Shown: positions 52,688-64,000 of the stretch, in pieces
Layout: the number at the start of each line of letters is the position of its first letter
Position numbering within the stretch: position 1 is the stretch's first letter
Assembly (NCBI GenBank): GCA_951406725.2
Contig: OX597820.1
Span: forward strand, 15,500,001-15,564,000
DNA from: Octopus vulgaris
Taxonomy: Eukaryota
Direction of reading: 5' to 3'
Length of the DNA: 64,000 nt
The notes under the pieces: model-generated
Databases searched by the model: none
Told to the model about the DNA's origin: nothing
What the model saw: the letters and a program-made list of their open reading frames with translations, nothing else
Position numbers and translations under genes: made by a program

Positions 52688-52780
52688 ACATGTATTTTGA
52701 TCAGTATCATTATCTTTCTATGTATTTACCATAATGAAAATGAGAAACAAAGAATCAATAACTTGAAGATGTCTTCTGCT

Positions 52781-53620
52781 ATCATCATCATCATCATCAT
52801 CATCGTTTAACGTCCGTTCTCCATGCTAGCATGGGTTGGACGGTTCGACCGGGGATCTGGGAAGCCAGAAGGCTGCACCAGGCTCCAGTCTTATCTGGCA
52901 ATGTTTCTACAGCTGGATGCCCTTCCTAACGCCAACCACTCCGTGAGTGTAGTGGGTGCTTTTTACGTGCCACCTGCACAGGTGCCAGGCGAGGCTGGCA
53001 ACGGCCACGGTCGGATTGGTGTATTTTATGTGCCACCGGCACGGAAGCCAGTTGAGGCGGCGCTGGCATCGGCCATGAGTCGGATAGTGCTTTTTACGTA
53101 CCACCAGACCAGGGATCCTGGCTGGTTCAATTCGATTTCGCTTGCCCCAACATGTCTTCACAAGCAAAGGGGGTTGGCATGGGTGCCTGTCGTACGGTCG
53201 GATTGGTGTATTTTACGTGCCATCGGCACGGAAGCCAGTGGATGCGGCGCTGGCATCAGCCACGAGTCGGATAGTGCTTTTTACGTACCACCAGACCAGG
53301 GATCCTGGCTGGTTCAATTCGATTTCGATTTCGCTTTCGCCTGCCCCAACATGTCTTCGCAAGCAAAGGGGGTTGGCATGGGTGCCTGTCGTCGGATGAG
53401 GTTCTATATCGACTTCGCTTGCCTCAACAGGTCTTTGTGTCCAAGGGAGGAAAGGCATTCATAAGTGGGCTGGGCTCACTTGTCCTGCCTGGTCTTCTCA
53501 CGTACAGCATATTTCCAAAGGTCTCGGTCGCTGGTCATTTCCTCAGTGAGGCCTAAAGTTCGAAGGTCGTGCTTCACCACCTCGTCCCAGGTTTTCCTGG
53601 GTCTACCTCTTCCACTTCCA
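52781..53620 (-). mobile_element. Young RTE 3' end: ORF C-terminus plus long 3'UTR containing the family C sequence
   Basis: GRGRPRKTWDEVVKHDLRTLGLTEEMTSDRDLWKYAVREKTRQDK*, tandem about 190-bp UTR duplication, then family C end and (GAT)n. Confidence 0.85.
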
Positions 53621-54467
53621 TATAATATTCTATATTATGCAACAAAGAGATGTTCTGTTCTTTCAGATACAGACATTATTAATTGGATAAATGAAAATAG
53701 AAAATTATATTTATACAAAATAAAATAATGTGGAAAGTACTTTTTATGAAACACCACGCAAAAATTATAGAAGACATAATTCACTTTGTTTCACCATTTC
53801 CAAACTAAATATGATGTTTGCCACAAAGCAAGAAGTACAAGCAAGACTGCAACAGTGTTTCTGTCTCCAGTTAATGTTACCTCATTTCATTTATAACAGA
53901 AGAGTTTAAGACTAGCTATCCATGGGAACTGCTGCATGTCGGCAACCTAGTCTTCTAGCTGAACCAAAGATTTAGAAAAAAGGAAAGTTGATATTCAAGA
54001 GGCTTCAAAGTAAAATTAGCAAAGTCAGAAGTCCTAGTTACTAGAAGACAGAACTCTATTATCACCTGAGATGTGCTATGCTTGATATGCAAAAAAGGAA
54101 AAGGTAGGAATTTTATGTGGTATACTTATATGTACTTCTCGATGGCAAGACACCAGTACATATCCCTCTTGATACCTGGCATGAAACCACTAATCCTTCC
54201 AAAATACTCCCTCTCATTCAGCTGAAGGGAGTGTTTTTCCCTCTCTTGCAACTTACTAGGAAACCTCAGTAGTGCTGTTGGTGTGGAAAAAAAGCACCTG
54301 GCACATGCTGTAAATTGATTGACATTAGGAAGGGTACCCAGCCACAGAAACCATGCCCTGCAATGGTGACATGAAAAAAGTCTCCCCTCGTGTGCTCTGT
54401 GAAGTGGCTGGCATTAGAAAACCCTGCAGCTTGTTTGATCCTATCAAAATTTCCAACTTGGGAAACA

Positions 54468-54666
54468 GATTCTTTTATTCTTTTACTTGTTTCAGTCATT
54501 TGTCTGCAGCACCGCCTTTAGTCGAGCAAATCAATCCCAGGACTTATTCTTTGGAACCCTAGTACTTATTCTATCGGTCTCTTCTTGCCAGACTGCTAAG
54601 TTACAGGGATATAAACACACCAGCATCAGTGGTCATGCAATGTTGGGGGAACAAAAACACACAAAT

Positions 54667-54697
<31 letters not shown>

Positions 54698-54862
54698 CAT
54701 GACAGGCTTCTTTCAGTTTCCATCTACCAAATCCACTTACAAGACTTTGGTCTGCCCAAGGCTATAGTAGAAGACACTTGCCCAAAGTGCCATGCAGTGG
54801 GACTGAACCCAGAACCATGTGGCTGGTAAGCAAGCTACTTACCACACAGCCATTCCTACACC
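54468..54862 (-). mobile_element. SINE family A
   Basis: Near full-length match. Confidence 0.85.
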
Positions 54863-54904
54863 TATAATGTTAAATGATGATGATGATGATGATGATGCAT
54901 CCAA

Positions 54905-55690
54905 TGTAAACTATGGGTGCACAAGAAGTGCAATGGGATCACAGTGTGGCTGACAGAAAAGGAAGACTTCGTATGTGACAGATAGATGTATGAGAGAAGT
55001 TAGCAGTAAAAGTATTCATGAAGTAAATTTGTTCAAATGTTTGGAAGGCTTCATAAAAGTAGTCCATAGCTTCTCCTACCTAGGTGGCCTAATTACTTGA
55101 CAGAAGCAGGTACTCTGAAAGTATAGTTGCCAGAACAGATGAAGAAAAATGGGATGGAGAAAGTTCAAAGGGTTACTGCCTTTGCTGGTAAAGGAAAATT
55201 TTCTCTTTGAGTGAAGGATAGATTGCATGATGTTTGTATACAAATAGAATAATGCATAGTAATGAAACAATGAGCACTGAATGCAGAGATTGCATGAAGG
55301 ATGGCCAGAAATGGAGTGAACACATTCAGCTGGAGGTGTAATATTAGTGACCATGAACAGAAAAGCACAAATGAAATGGGAGGAAAATTGAGCTTTGGAG
55401 CAATCAGAGGCTGAGTGCAAGAGAGGAGACTAAACTAGCTCAGACATGCAATGAGTATGTAGGATGACAGTTGAGTGAAGAAGGTTCGAGAAATCCCCAA
55501 AACTAGGGAACTGGGGAAAGAAGATGACAGGGACAGAAGTGCTAAAATCCGATGCCAGGATGCTGAAACTCACAAAGGAGATGACAAGTGACCATAACGA
55601 GTAGTGAGATGCTGTGTTGGAGAAGACCTGCCCAACCCATGCGATTATGTCAAAATGGATGCAAAAATATCAATGGCAATGACAATAATA
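54905..55690 (+). mobile_element. Old RTE LINE 3' fragment
   Basis: WVHKKCNGIT, VHSFSYLGGLI, GWRKFKGLLPLL, AVLEKTCPTHA; ends CCCAACCCATGC. Confidence 0.7.
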
Positions 55691-56104
55691 ATACACACAC
55701 ACACACACCTTGTAATTGGGTTGAACACGCAACAAGTAGAGAGACCTCAAAATATCCAGCAGAATAGATGTGATCTTTGAACAGTACTTAAACATGTAGT
55801 AAGTCTCAAGTACAGCACAAAGATCACACAAACATTCTGTCAGATATGAAACTGCTTAATAACTTAAGAAGAAAACAGAATATTTATATAGATAATTAGA
55901 GATGAAAAGATACTTTTTCTTTGATAAAAAGAAGAAATGTTACTGAAACTTTACTTGAAATGTAGTCATTTTGGAATATAAAACAGCATTAATTGCAGTT
56001 AATATGTAGGTACAAGTTTCCAGGAATGTGTTCAATATGTAAAATTGGTCTATCCAATAGAGTTACACTGCTAAACTTAGCGGTTATTTAAGAAATGCAT
56101 TCTG

Positions 56105-56487
56105 AGGTGTGGCAGTGTGGTAAATAGCTAGCTTACCAACCACATGGTTCCGGGTTCAGTCCCACTGCATGGCACCTTGGACAAGTGTCTTCTGCTATAG
56201 CCTCGGGCCAACCAAAGCCTTGTGAGTGGATTTGGTAGACGGAAACTGAAAGAAGCCCATCGTATATATGTATATGTTTATGTGTTTGTCACCCCACCAT
56301 CACTTGACAACAGATGTTGGTGTGTTTACATCACCGTCACTTAGCGGTTTGGCAAAAAGAGACCAATAGGATAAGTACTAGGCTTACAAAGAATAAGTTC
56401 TGGGGTTGATTTCTTCGACTAAAAGTGGTGCTCCAGCATGGTCACAGTCAAGTGACTGAAACAAGTAAAAGAAAGAATAAAAGAATA
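56105..56487 (+). mobile_element. SINE family A, full length
   Basis: Head to tail match. Confidence 0.88.
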
Positions 56488-56510
56488 GAATAGATAATTA
56501 ATGGGTTAGA

Positions 56511-56560
56511 TGAGGTACTGAAGAAGGAGCAATTACTCCTGAAATATGCATATACACTCA
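56511..56560 (+). ncRNA. Minimal type-I hammerhead-like motif (canonical C3-G8)
   Basis: TGAG-GTA-CTGAAGA-AGGAG-CAATTA-CTCCT-GAAA-TATGCA-T-A-TAC-A-CTCA. Confidence 0.5.
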
Positions 56561-56853
56561 TTACATTATTTTTTTATCTTCAAGTGCATTGTTTACATAA
56601 ATGTATTCATATACAAAATGTTGTAACTTTCAGTGCTAGCTCTAAATTCTATAGAAAATGTATAGAGACACTTAAAAAATAAATATACAGCACTAACAGC
56701 TGATTACTATTCTATGCTAAGGCACCACATACCTGTTTAAATAGCAAGTGTGTATCAGTATTCTTACACTTTATTAGATATTAAAATCCGATATAGTTTA
56801 GAGAGAGAATATTGGTGTGAAGAAAGTAAATTTTCAGTATTTCAGAATCTTAC

Positions 56854-57135
56854 CATATCTAACTGGGTGTACATCACAAAAGTCGAACTGAATTTGTTCT
56901 TAGAAACCAATGCTTAAAACACTGTAGTGAAAAATACAATTACATAGGTAAACATTGTGTCAACAGACATTCGGTAACACCTCTTTCACGTCAGACAGTC
57001 AGATGAAGTGGAAGATAAAACTTTCATGAGATATCTTTCCATGAGTAGCAAGCTAGACAACAAAAGCTGGTTTCATAACTATCCCAAGATAGAGATGTGT
57101 TATTTGCAGAAATATTGTTTACAAAATGTAATAGT
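56854..57135 (-). CDS. Candidate exon: 5'UTR plus ATG TAC ACC CAG TTA GAT ATG (MYTQLDM, coding part 56854-56874), phase-0 donor
   Basis: Poly-T CCTAG| acceptor at 57136-57137; GATATG|GTAAGA donor; repeat-free sequence. Confidence 0.4.
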
Positions 57136-57597
57136 CTAGGAAAAAAAAAAAAAAAAAAAAAATAATAATAATAATATGATAATAATAAAAACTGTCCCAC
57201 AACAACAGCAAAAACTACAACTAACACTTCTCACCCCAGCCTGTTGAGTGGTTGATATTTTACGATTGGATGAAAGTGTTTCACTTCAAAGAAATAACAG
57301 TGAAGAGAAGCTCAAATGTATGCAAGTGTGTGCTTAAATAGCTGGAAATAGCTGCTTTCTAATCAGATGATTAGAGAATTGTTTGTTGTATGAAGTCAAA
57401 TGTGAGATGTCTTAAAAATCAAAACAATTTTTGTATCTGAACTTCCCACCATCACTTGCTAACCTACAATATTGCAAAGGAAGCCACACCCGCACATCAC
57501 AATTTAAAGAGAATGGTATGACTGGCACATAGTGGTCGAGTTTTCATCCTTAGATCAGAACGAAAATATTTAATTTTCAACTAAGCTAGTTTATAAA

Positions 57598-58570
57598 ATA
57601 TTGGTTTCAAATTCTGGCACAAGGCCAGCAATTTCGGGGGAAAGGGTAAGTCGATTACAGTGACCCCAGCACTCATCTGGTACTTATTTTTTTCCATCCT
57701 GAAAGAATAAAAGATAACCTCAGTAGAATTTGAATTCAAAGACGGACAAAATATCATCAGTTTTCCATGCTGGTATGGGTTGAATGGTTGATTGCACCAT
57801 ACTCCCAATGTCTGTTTTGGCATGGTTTCTATAGCTGGATACCATTCTTGATGCCAGTCAGTTTACAGAGGTGCAGGAGGAGGCTTTTTCATGTCACTGG
57901 CACTAGTGAGGTGACCAAGTAACATGCAAGGCACAGCCCACAGCAGAAGGGCTATAATATTGAGGGAGGTGGCTTTAAATATTTATACACACACATATTT
58001 ATGTAAGTAATTTAAAGAAGTTTATGGATGTTTAAATAGAGACAACAGGCAAATGCTACAGTGTGTATGTGTAAGTTAATGACTCATGCAGCATTACTCA
58101 GAGTTTCATCAGCACAAAAAGAGTGTCTAGTAGAGTAATATTAAATTAACCAAGAATTCCTGTGTTTACTTTCATTATCATTATACACCATATTGCAGTG
58201 AACAGACAGAATCATTATGATGTCCCAAAGAATTGTTAACAAGCCAGACAGAATGCTTAGTGGCTTTTCTTCTGTCTTCGTGTTCTGAGTTCAAACACCA
58301 CCAAAGTCAACTTTGCCAGTCATCCCTTTCAGGATTGATAAGTGAGTACCAGTTGAACTGTGGAGTTAATATAATTGACTAAACTCTACTCCCCCAAAAT
58401 TTCAGGCCTTGTGCCTATTGTAGAAAGAAAATTAAAAATTATAGATCATATCAAAGCAATGAGCTGGCAGAATTGGAGTTGATAAAACAAGTACCAGTCA
58501 TGTATTGGGATCAATGTAATTGACTTCTCAGTCAAAAACTGCTAGCCTTGCGCTAAAATTTAAAACCATT
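57598..58570. mobile_element. Decayed SINE B and family C fragments
   Basis: B tail and core at 57598-57750 (-) and 58240-58570 (+); family C-like at 57755-57910. Confidence 0.6.
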
Positions 58571-59059
58571 ATTGTACACCATATTGACTAACAAAACTCA
58601 CAAAATCTACTTTTTCACAACTAGTACAAATACTTAGCACGAATCAGTAGTATCGAGTAACAATTCATTGTTATTTTTTGATTTTCATAAAGACATTAAT
58701 ATTACTCAGTAATTATGCAAAAGAGTATTAATTTAAGAAACCAAATAAAATATCATTTAAACATCGTAGCAAGATCAGAGAAAAACAGAAATATTAACAA
58801 ACTAAAATGTCAAATATTTGCAATATTTCTATAATTTATTATCTTATGTATAACATAAAAGAAATATAATATGTAATAAAAAGCTCCACAGCTATCAGCT
58901 AAAATATCTGACCTTTCAAATTATATATGCTAAAAGCTTGGTTATATATTACACGCAAATCTCATTTTTAATTTTTATGTTATAATATAAAATTATTTAA
59001 TGGACATTTTAATAATAAATTATTTAAAAACTAAAACATTAATTTATGTTACTTTTTTT

Positions 59060-59624
59060 TCTTTTTATTTGTTCCAGTCATTGTACTGCGGCCATCCTGG
59101 GGCACCTCCTTGAAGGGCTTAGTTGAAAAAATTAACTCTGGTGCTTATTTTTAAAGTCTGAAACTTATTCTGTCAGTTTCTTTTGCTGAATCACTAAGTT
59201 ATGAGGATATAAACAAACCAACACTGGCTACCAAATAGTGGAGGCGGGAGCAAATACAAACACATGCATACCTTTTATTTGTTTCAGTCATTAGACTGCT
59301 TTCATGCTGGGACACCATCTTGAAGAATTTTAGTTAAACGAATCAACCCCATTCTATCATTCTCTTTTGCCAAACCAAGTTACAGGGATGTAGACAACCC
59401 AACAGCAGTTGTCAAGCAGTGGTGGTGGACAAACACAGACACATGGACACACACATGTGACAGGCTTCTTTCAGTTTCCGTCTACCAATTTCACTCACAA
59501 GGCTTTGGTTGGCCTAAGGTTATAGTAAAAGACACTTGTCCAAGGTGCCTTGCAGTGAGACTGAACCCAGAACTATGTTGATTGGTTGGGAATCAATCTT
59601 CTTACCACACACCCATGCTTGTGC

Positions 59625-59688
<64 letters not shown>

Positions 59689-60110
59689 TCATCGTTTAAT
59701 GTCCGCTTTCCATGCAAGTATGGGTTGGACAATTTGACTGAGAACTGGCAAACCAGATGGCTGCACCGTGCTCCAATCTTGATTTGGCAGAGTTTCTATA
59801 GCTGGATGCCCTTCCTAACGCCAACGACTCCGAGAGTGTAGTGGGTGCTTTTACAAGCCACTGGCACGAGGACCATTCAGGCGGTACTGGCAACGGTCAC
59901 GGAAAAACCGCGTTTTTTTTTTTTTATGTGTCACCTGCACAAGTGCCAGAAAGGCTTCCACACAGTTTCCATTTACCAAATTCACTCACAAAGTATTGAC
60001 TAGCACAGGAGTATAGTAAAAACAGAAGACACTTACTCAAGATGCTATGTAGAGGGAATGAACCCAAAACTACATGAGTCCAAAGCAAGCTTCTTGATCA
60101 CACAGCCATA
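59060..60110 (-). mobile_element. Cluster of SINE A copies plus family C element (59686-59950)
   Basis: Family matches on the minus strand. Confidence 0.8.
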
Positions 60111-60492
60111 TTTAATTAGTTTAGCCAAAAATTCAGTTATTCTTCTCTCTTCTGCTAAGATTATAAATCTCAGTTGGATCGACTACGATTTCTGGTTAGA
60201 ATCCCAGTCGTATACTTAGTTGTGAAACGAAGTAGTTAACATAATATGTACCGGGTAATTACCATAATTAGCAGATTTAAATTATAGGTCTGAAGAGATT
60301 TTCTCCCAAGACCAAAATCATGTAAGAATATAATGTGTTATTAATATGTTGTTACTTATCAGAAATTGTATAAAGGAAAGTAAAACATTTCCACTGTCTG
60401 CCACATCACTGTAAATCCAATACAGTCCCTAATCAATAATTAAGTCTTTTTCGTGTACAGTTTTTACTTCTGATTAAATCATACCTACTCAC

Positions 60493-60569
60493 CTGCGTAT
60501 GTCACCAAACAGCACAGACGTAAGAGATTTTAATGGATTTTGAATGTCATTTCAAACCGAGGAACTGAA
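60493..60569 (-). other. Candidate non-coding (5'UTR) exon
   Basis: TTTCTATATTTTTCTTGAAATATAG|...CATACGCAG|GTGAGT; stops in all three frames. Confidence 0.4.
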
Positions 60570-60801
60570 CTATATTTCAAGAAAAATATAGAAACGCAAA
60601 TCCTAAATGTTCTTTCAAATATGAAACCTAACCATATATTTTAAGAAAAAATATTTTCGTATTTTAATTAATTCATAATCACATATGATTTAAGTTGACT
60701 AAGGAAGAAATGTTTCTATAATTTTAATTAGCAAATATGTTGGAATGAACCTGAAATTATACATTAACTATAACAGTGAGATTTGTAACAACTATAAGAT
60801 C

Positions 60802-61130
60802 TTGTGGCTGCGTGGTAAGTAGCTTGCTTCCCAACCACATAGTTCCGGGCTCAGTCCCACTGCGTGGCACCTTGGGCAAGTGTCTTCTACTATAGCCTCA
60901 GGCCAACCAAAGCCTTGTGAGTGGATTTGGTAGACGGTAACTGAAAGAAGCCCGTCATATATATATATATATATATATATATATTGATGTGTCTGTGTTT
61001 GTCCACCCACCATCGCTTGACAACTGATGTTGGTGGGTTTACATCCCCGTAACTAAGAGGTTTGGCAAAGGAGACTGATAGGCTTACAAGTGTAAGTCTT
61101 GGGGTTGATTTCTTTGACTAAAGAATAAAA
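60802..61130 (+). mobile_element. SINE family A
   Basis: Head and body match. Confidence 0.85.
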
Positions 61131-61472
61131 CAAAATGTGAATACTATGTCATACAAAATGTAGAGAATTCTAGGAAATGTGCCCGCAATGAAAAACAAGT
61201 CAACTCATGTCTTGCGTCACAAGTGCATTTGCACAGAACTGGGTGCAGTTGGTTTCTACCACAGTAAGTGCTAATACTGTTAATGTCAAGATCAGTGGTG
61301 AGATCAATAGACCCATTAAGCAAAAAGATTCTAGTTTCAATCTCTCATCCAACTCAGCAATATCACACAAAGACAGTTAGTGAGAATACTGACTAAAATG
61401 TTGTGCTAACAACACATACAAGATGAGAGAATGAATTTTAAAAAAAAATCTGGATAAACTCATCTAAATCAA

Positions 61473-61507
<35 letters not shown>

Positions 61508-61689
61508 AAATTTTATCTCAATATATATAGATTAATTTTAAATGGATTTTAATTTGAGGAATAACAAAGAAAAGTAAAGATCAAGATATTAAAAATCAAT
61601 GAATAACACCAAGTGAAAAATCTTTCTTCACATATGAACTCATATCTGGTATGAAATAATTGGAAAAATAAATATATAATCATATTTTA

Positions 61690-62222
61690 TCTATTATTTG
61701 TTTCAGTCAGTAGACTGTGACCATGCTGGAGTACTGCCTTGAAGAGTTAAGTCAAACAAATTAACCTCAGTACTTTTTTTTATAAGCCTGGAACTTATTT
61801 CATCAGACTCTTTTTGTCGAACCACTAAGTTATGAAGGCATAAACCAACACTGGTCATCAGTCGGAGGTGGGGAAGAAATTCAAACACAAAGACACACAT
61901 ACACACACACACACAAAGAAATCATGCCAAAACAGACATGGAGGCCAGGTGGCACTTCAGCTGGCCAGTTCCTGTCAAACCGTCCAACTCATGCCAGCAT
62001 GGGAAACAGACATTACCCGATGATGAAGATAATGTATAGAACATCTTCACACACACACACACACACAGCAGGATTCTTTCAGCTTTAATCTACCAAATGC
62101 ATGCATAAGATTTTAGCCAGCCCAAGGCTACCGTAGAAGACACTTGTCCCAGATGTCACAGTGGGACTGAACCCAAAACCATGTGGTTGGGAAGCAAACT
62201 TCTTACCACACAGCTACACTTG
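61690..62222 (-). mobile_element. SINE A with family C fragment nested in its (CA)n
   Basis: Family C 3' end at about 61918-62032 (+). Confidence 0.7.
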
Positions 62223-62519
62223 ATCTAAAATGCATTTTGTATTTATGTCAAAGGAAAGTAAATAAAATTATTCTAATCTATGCTTAGGTGTTTACATATG
62301 GTAAAATATATTCTTTAGTTTGTTTCAACCATCATATCTCAAACCATGCTGGAGCACTGCCTAGTTAGAGGAGCCATATGGATTAAAATAAACAGCAGCT
62401 ATGAGTACTAAGACATCCCCTTAGATGTCTAAATAATCTTTTAATTTAAACATGTTGATAAGATTATTTTTCAGACAAGACCATTTAATCTTATCTTTAG
62501 AAATGTAACATCTTTTAAT

Positions 62520-62768
62520 ATTTACATCTGCTCTGTGTTTCGATCAGTTTGGCTCCCTGGTCATCATCAGATGTCTTACTCCTGGTTGTGAAGAAAATAT
62601 ATCAGACTGACTGTATTCAGACTAGCAACCTTTGCTTCTGATAAACTGGAAGTGAGTAAAAGGTTCCCAGTGCAAATCCAGTCTGCTATTATGTACATAT
62701 CCAGGAATAAGACACCTGATGACAATTAGAGATTAAACTAATTAAAATATAGTGTAACTATAAATATT
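62520..62768. mobile_element. Decayed inverted-pLTR Penelope-like remnant with hammerhead traces
   Basis: Minus arm CTGATGA-T-GACCAG...CTGATC-GAAAC; plus arm ACACCTGATGAC-AATTAG...CTAATT-AAAA. Confidence 0.45.
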
Positions 62769-62774
62769 AGATGT

Positions 62775-63150
62775 ATGTATGGCTGTGTGGTAAGAAGTTT
62801 GCTTCTTAACAATATGGTCTTGGATTCAGTCCCACTGCACAGCACCTTAGGAAAGTTTCTTCTACTATAGTCCTGAGTTGACCAAAGCCTTGTGAGTTGA
62901 TTTGGTAGACAGAAACTGAAAGAAATTTGTTATGTCTATGTGTATCTATACTTGTGTGATTGTATTTGTGTTGCCGCGGCCACCATCACCACCACTTGAT
63001 GGCAAATGTTAGTTTGCTATTACCAGTTCAGCAAAAACAGACTGATAGAATAAGTACTAGGTTTAAGATAGTACTGATTTGCCTGACTAAACCTGTCAAG
63101 GTGGTGCCCCAGCATGGCTGCAGTTTAATGACTGAAACAAGTAAAAAGAT
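62775..63150 (+). mobile_element. SINE family A, diverged
   Basis: Head to tail match. Confidence 0.8.
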
Positions 63151-63407
63151 TTTTCAAAATGTCCTGCTTCTAAAGATTGAATAGTTTGGAAAATTATCTT
63201 AATAACAACTCATGTCAGACACTGAGCCATTGCACTAAACATTTCAGTCTTGTGTCAAGGAGTGCATAGAACACTGTTTTGATAAACCAAGTTGAATCAG
63301 TAAATGTGTGAGAGCCACAGTATGCTGACAGTACACTAAGACTAGATTTTTCCTTATTGTAGTTGAATGATGTGTCAAAGACTATTGAAAGAGTGTTGAT
63401 TAGTTCA

Positions 63408-63553
63408 TTATTTACATTTGATGGATAGGTATCCTCATTTTGTTTGTTGTTGTCACAAAGTCTTGGCTGATGTACTCTCCAGCCTTCATCACATGTCCTG
63501 GTGGAATTTCAAACCTGGGTTCTCATTCCTGAGGTATTTTTTTTTGCTGATGC

Positions 63554-63590
<37 letters not shown>

Positions 63591-63834
63591 TATTGAACTC
63601 GGAATCTTGGGGTTAGTAGCCTGTGTTCTTAACCACTATGCCATATACCCATAGGCAATTATGGAGTGAATTTTAGGGCTTATAAACCTAATATTTTTGT
63701 ATCCTTCGTTAATACTGGTTACCATTTTTGCACTAGGTCTGCTTAGGAGGTTATTGTGTCCTAGTATATGTGTTGCCTCTTTTTGTGTGGTAACAACAAC
63801 AAAATGAGGACACCTATCCGTCAAATGTAAATAA
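63408..63834. mobile_element. Element with about 45-bp inverted termini and decayed hammerhead (Penelope-like inverted pLTR)
   Basis: TTATTTACATTTGAYGGATAGGTRTCCTCATTTTGTT at both ends; minus strand TGATGA-A-GGCTG-GAGAGTACAT-CAGCC-AAGAC at about 63455-63495. Confidence 0.55.
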
Positions 63835-64000
63835 GGTACATAATTCCTCAGCTCTCAAATATAGAACAGCATTGATTAGTTGTTGTGCTTTGATCATTGG
63901 CTTCTCTGAGCTGTGTAAATGACTTTAATGTGAAGACACATTGCTCAGTGGTTAGGGTATTCGACTCATGGTCATAAGATCTTGAGTTCAATCCTGGTGG

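Noticed and set aside
52823-53464. 213-aa ORF
   Set aside because: Antisense reading of a GC-rich RTE 3'UTR with an internal tandem duplication.
58830-58990. AT-rich imperfect inverted repeat
   Set aside because: Low complexity; expected by chance or from an unrecognisable MITE.

Overview
Eukaryotic, AT-rich, repeat-dense DNA with no intact protein-coding gene. The tRNA-derived SINE families, (TA)n/(CA)n/(GAT)n microsatellites and RTE/CR1/Helitron/Penelope-type fragments resemble an Octopus (coleoid cephalopod) genome; this is inferred from repeat types, not from a search. Almost all ORFs in the supplied track are spurious repeat or microsatellite translations. Real protein remnants are all transposon-derived: two young CR1-clade RT fragments, several RTE fragments, a HERO-like and an R4/Dong-like REL-LINE 3' end, a mariner fragment and a hAT transposase relic. 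The unique DNA between repeats looks like the long 5' intronic region of a minus-strand gene whose body lies left of the window. It contains several candidate short ATG-bearing exons that all end at phase-0 GTAAG donors (MYTQLDM, MK, MGD, MMAYN...PAEV), a UTR-like exon and a possible 3-nt microexon. The most unusual signal is a family of long palindromic insertions in (TA)n tracts whose arms fold as minimal type-I hammerhead ribozymes with a swapped G3-C8 core pair. Other canonical or decayed hammerhead motifs occur in Penelope-like remnants. Both young CR1 copies sit, without TSDs, inside Helitron-type elements. Repeat boundaries were read by eye and are approximate unless junction sequences are given.
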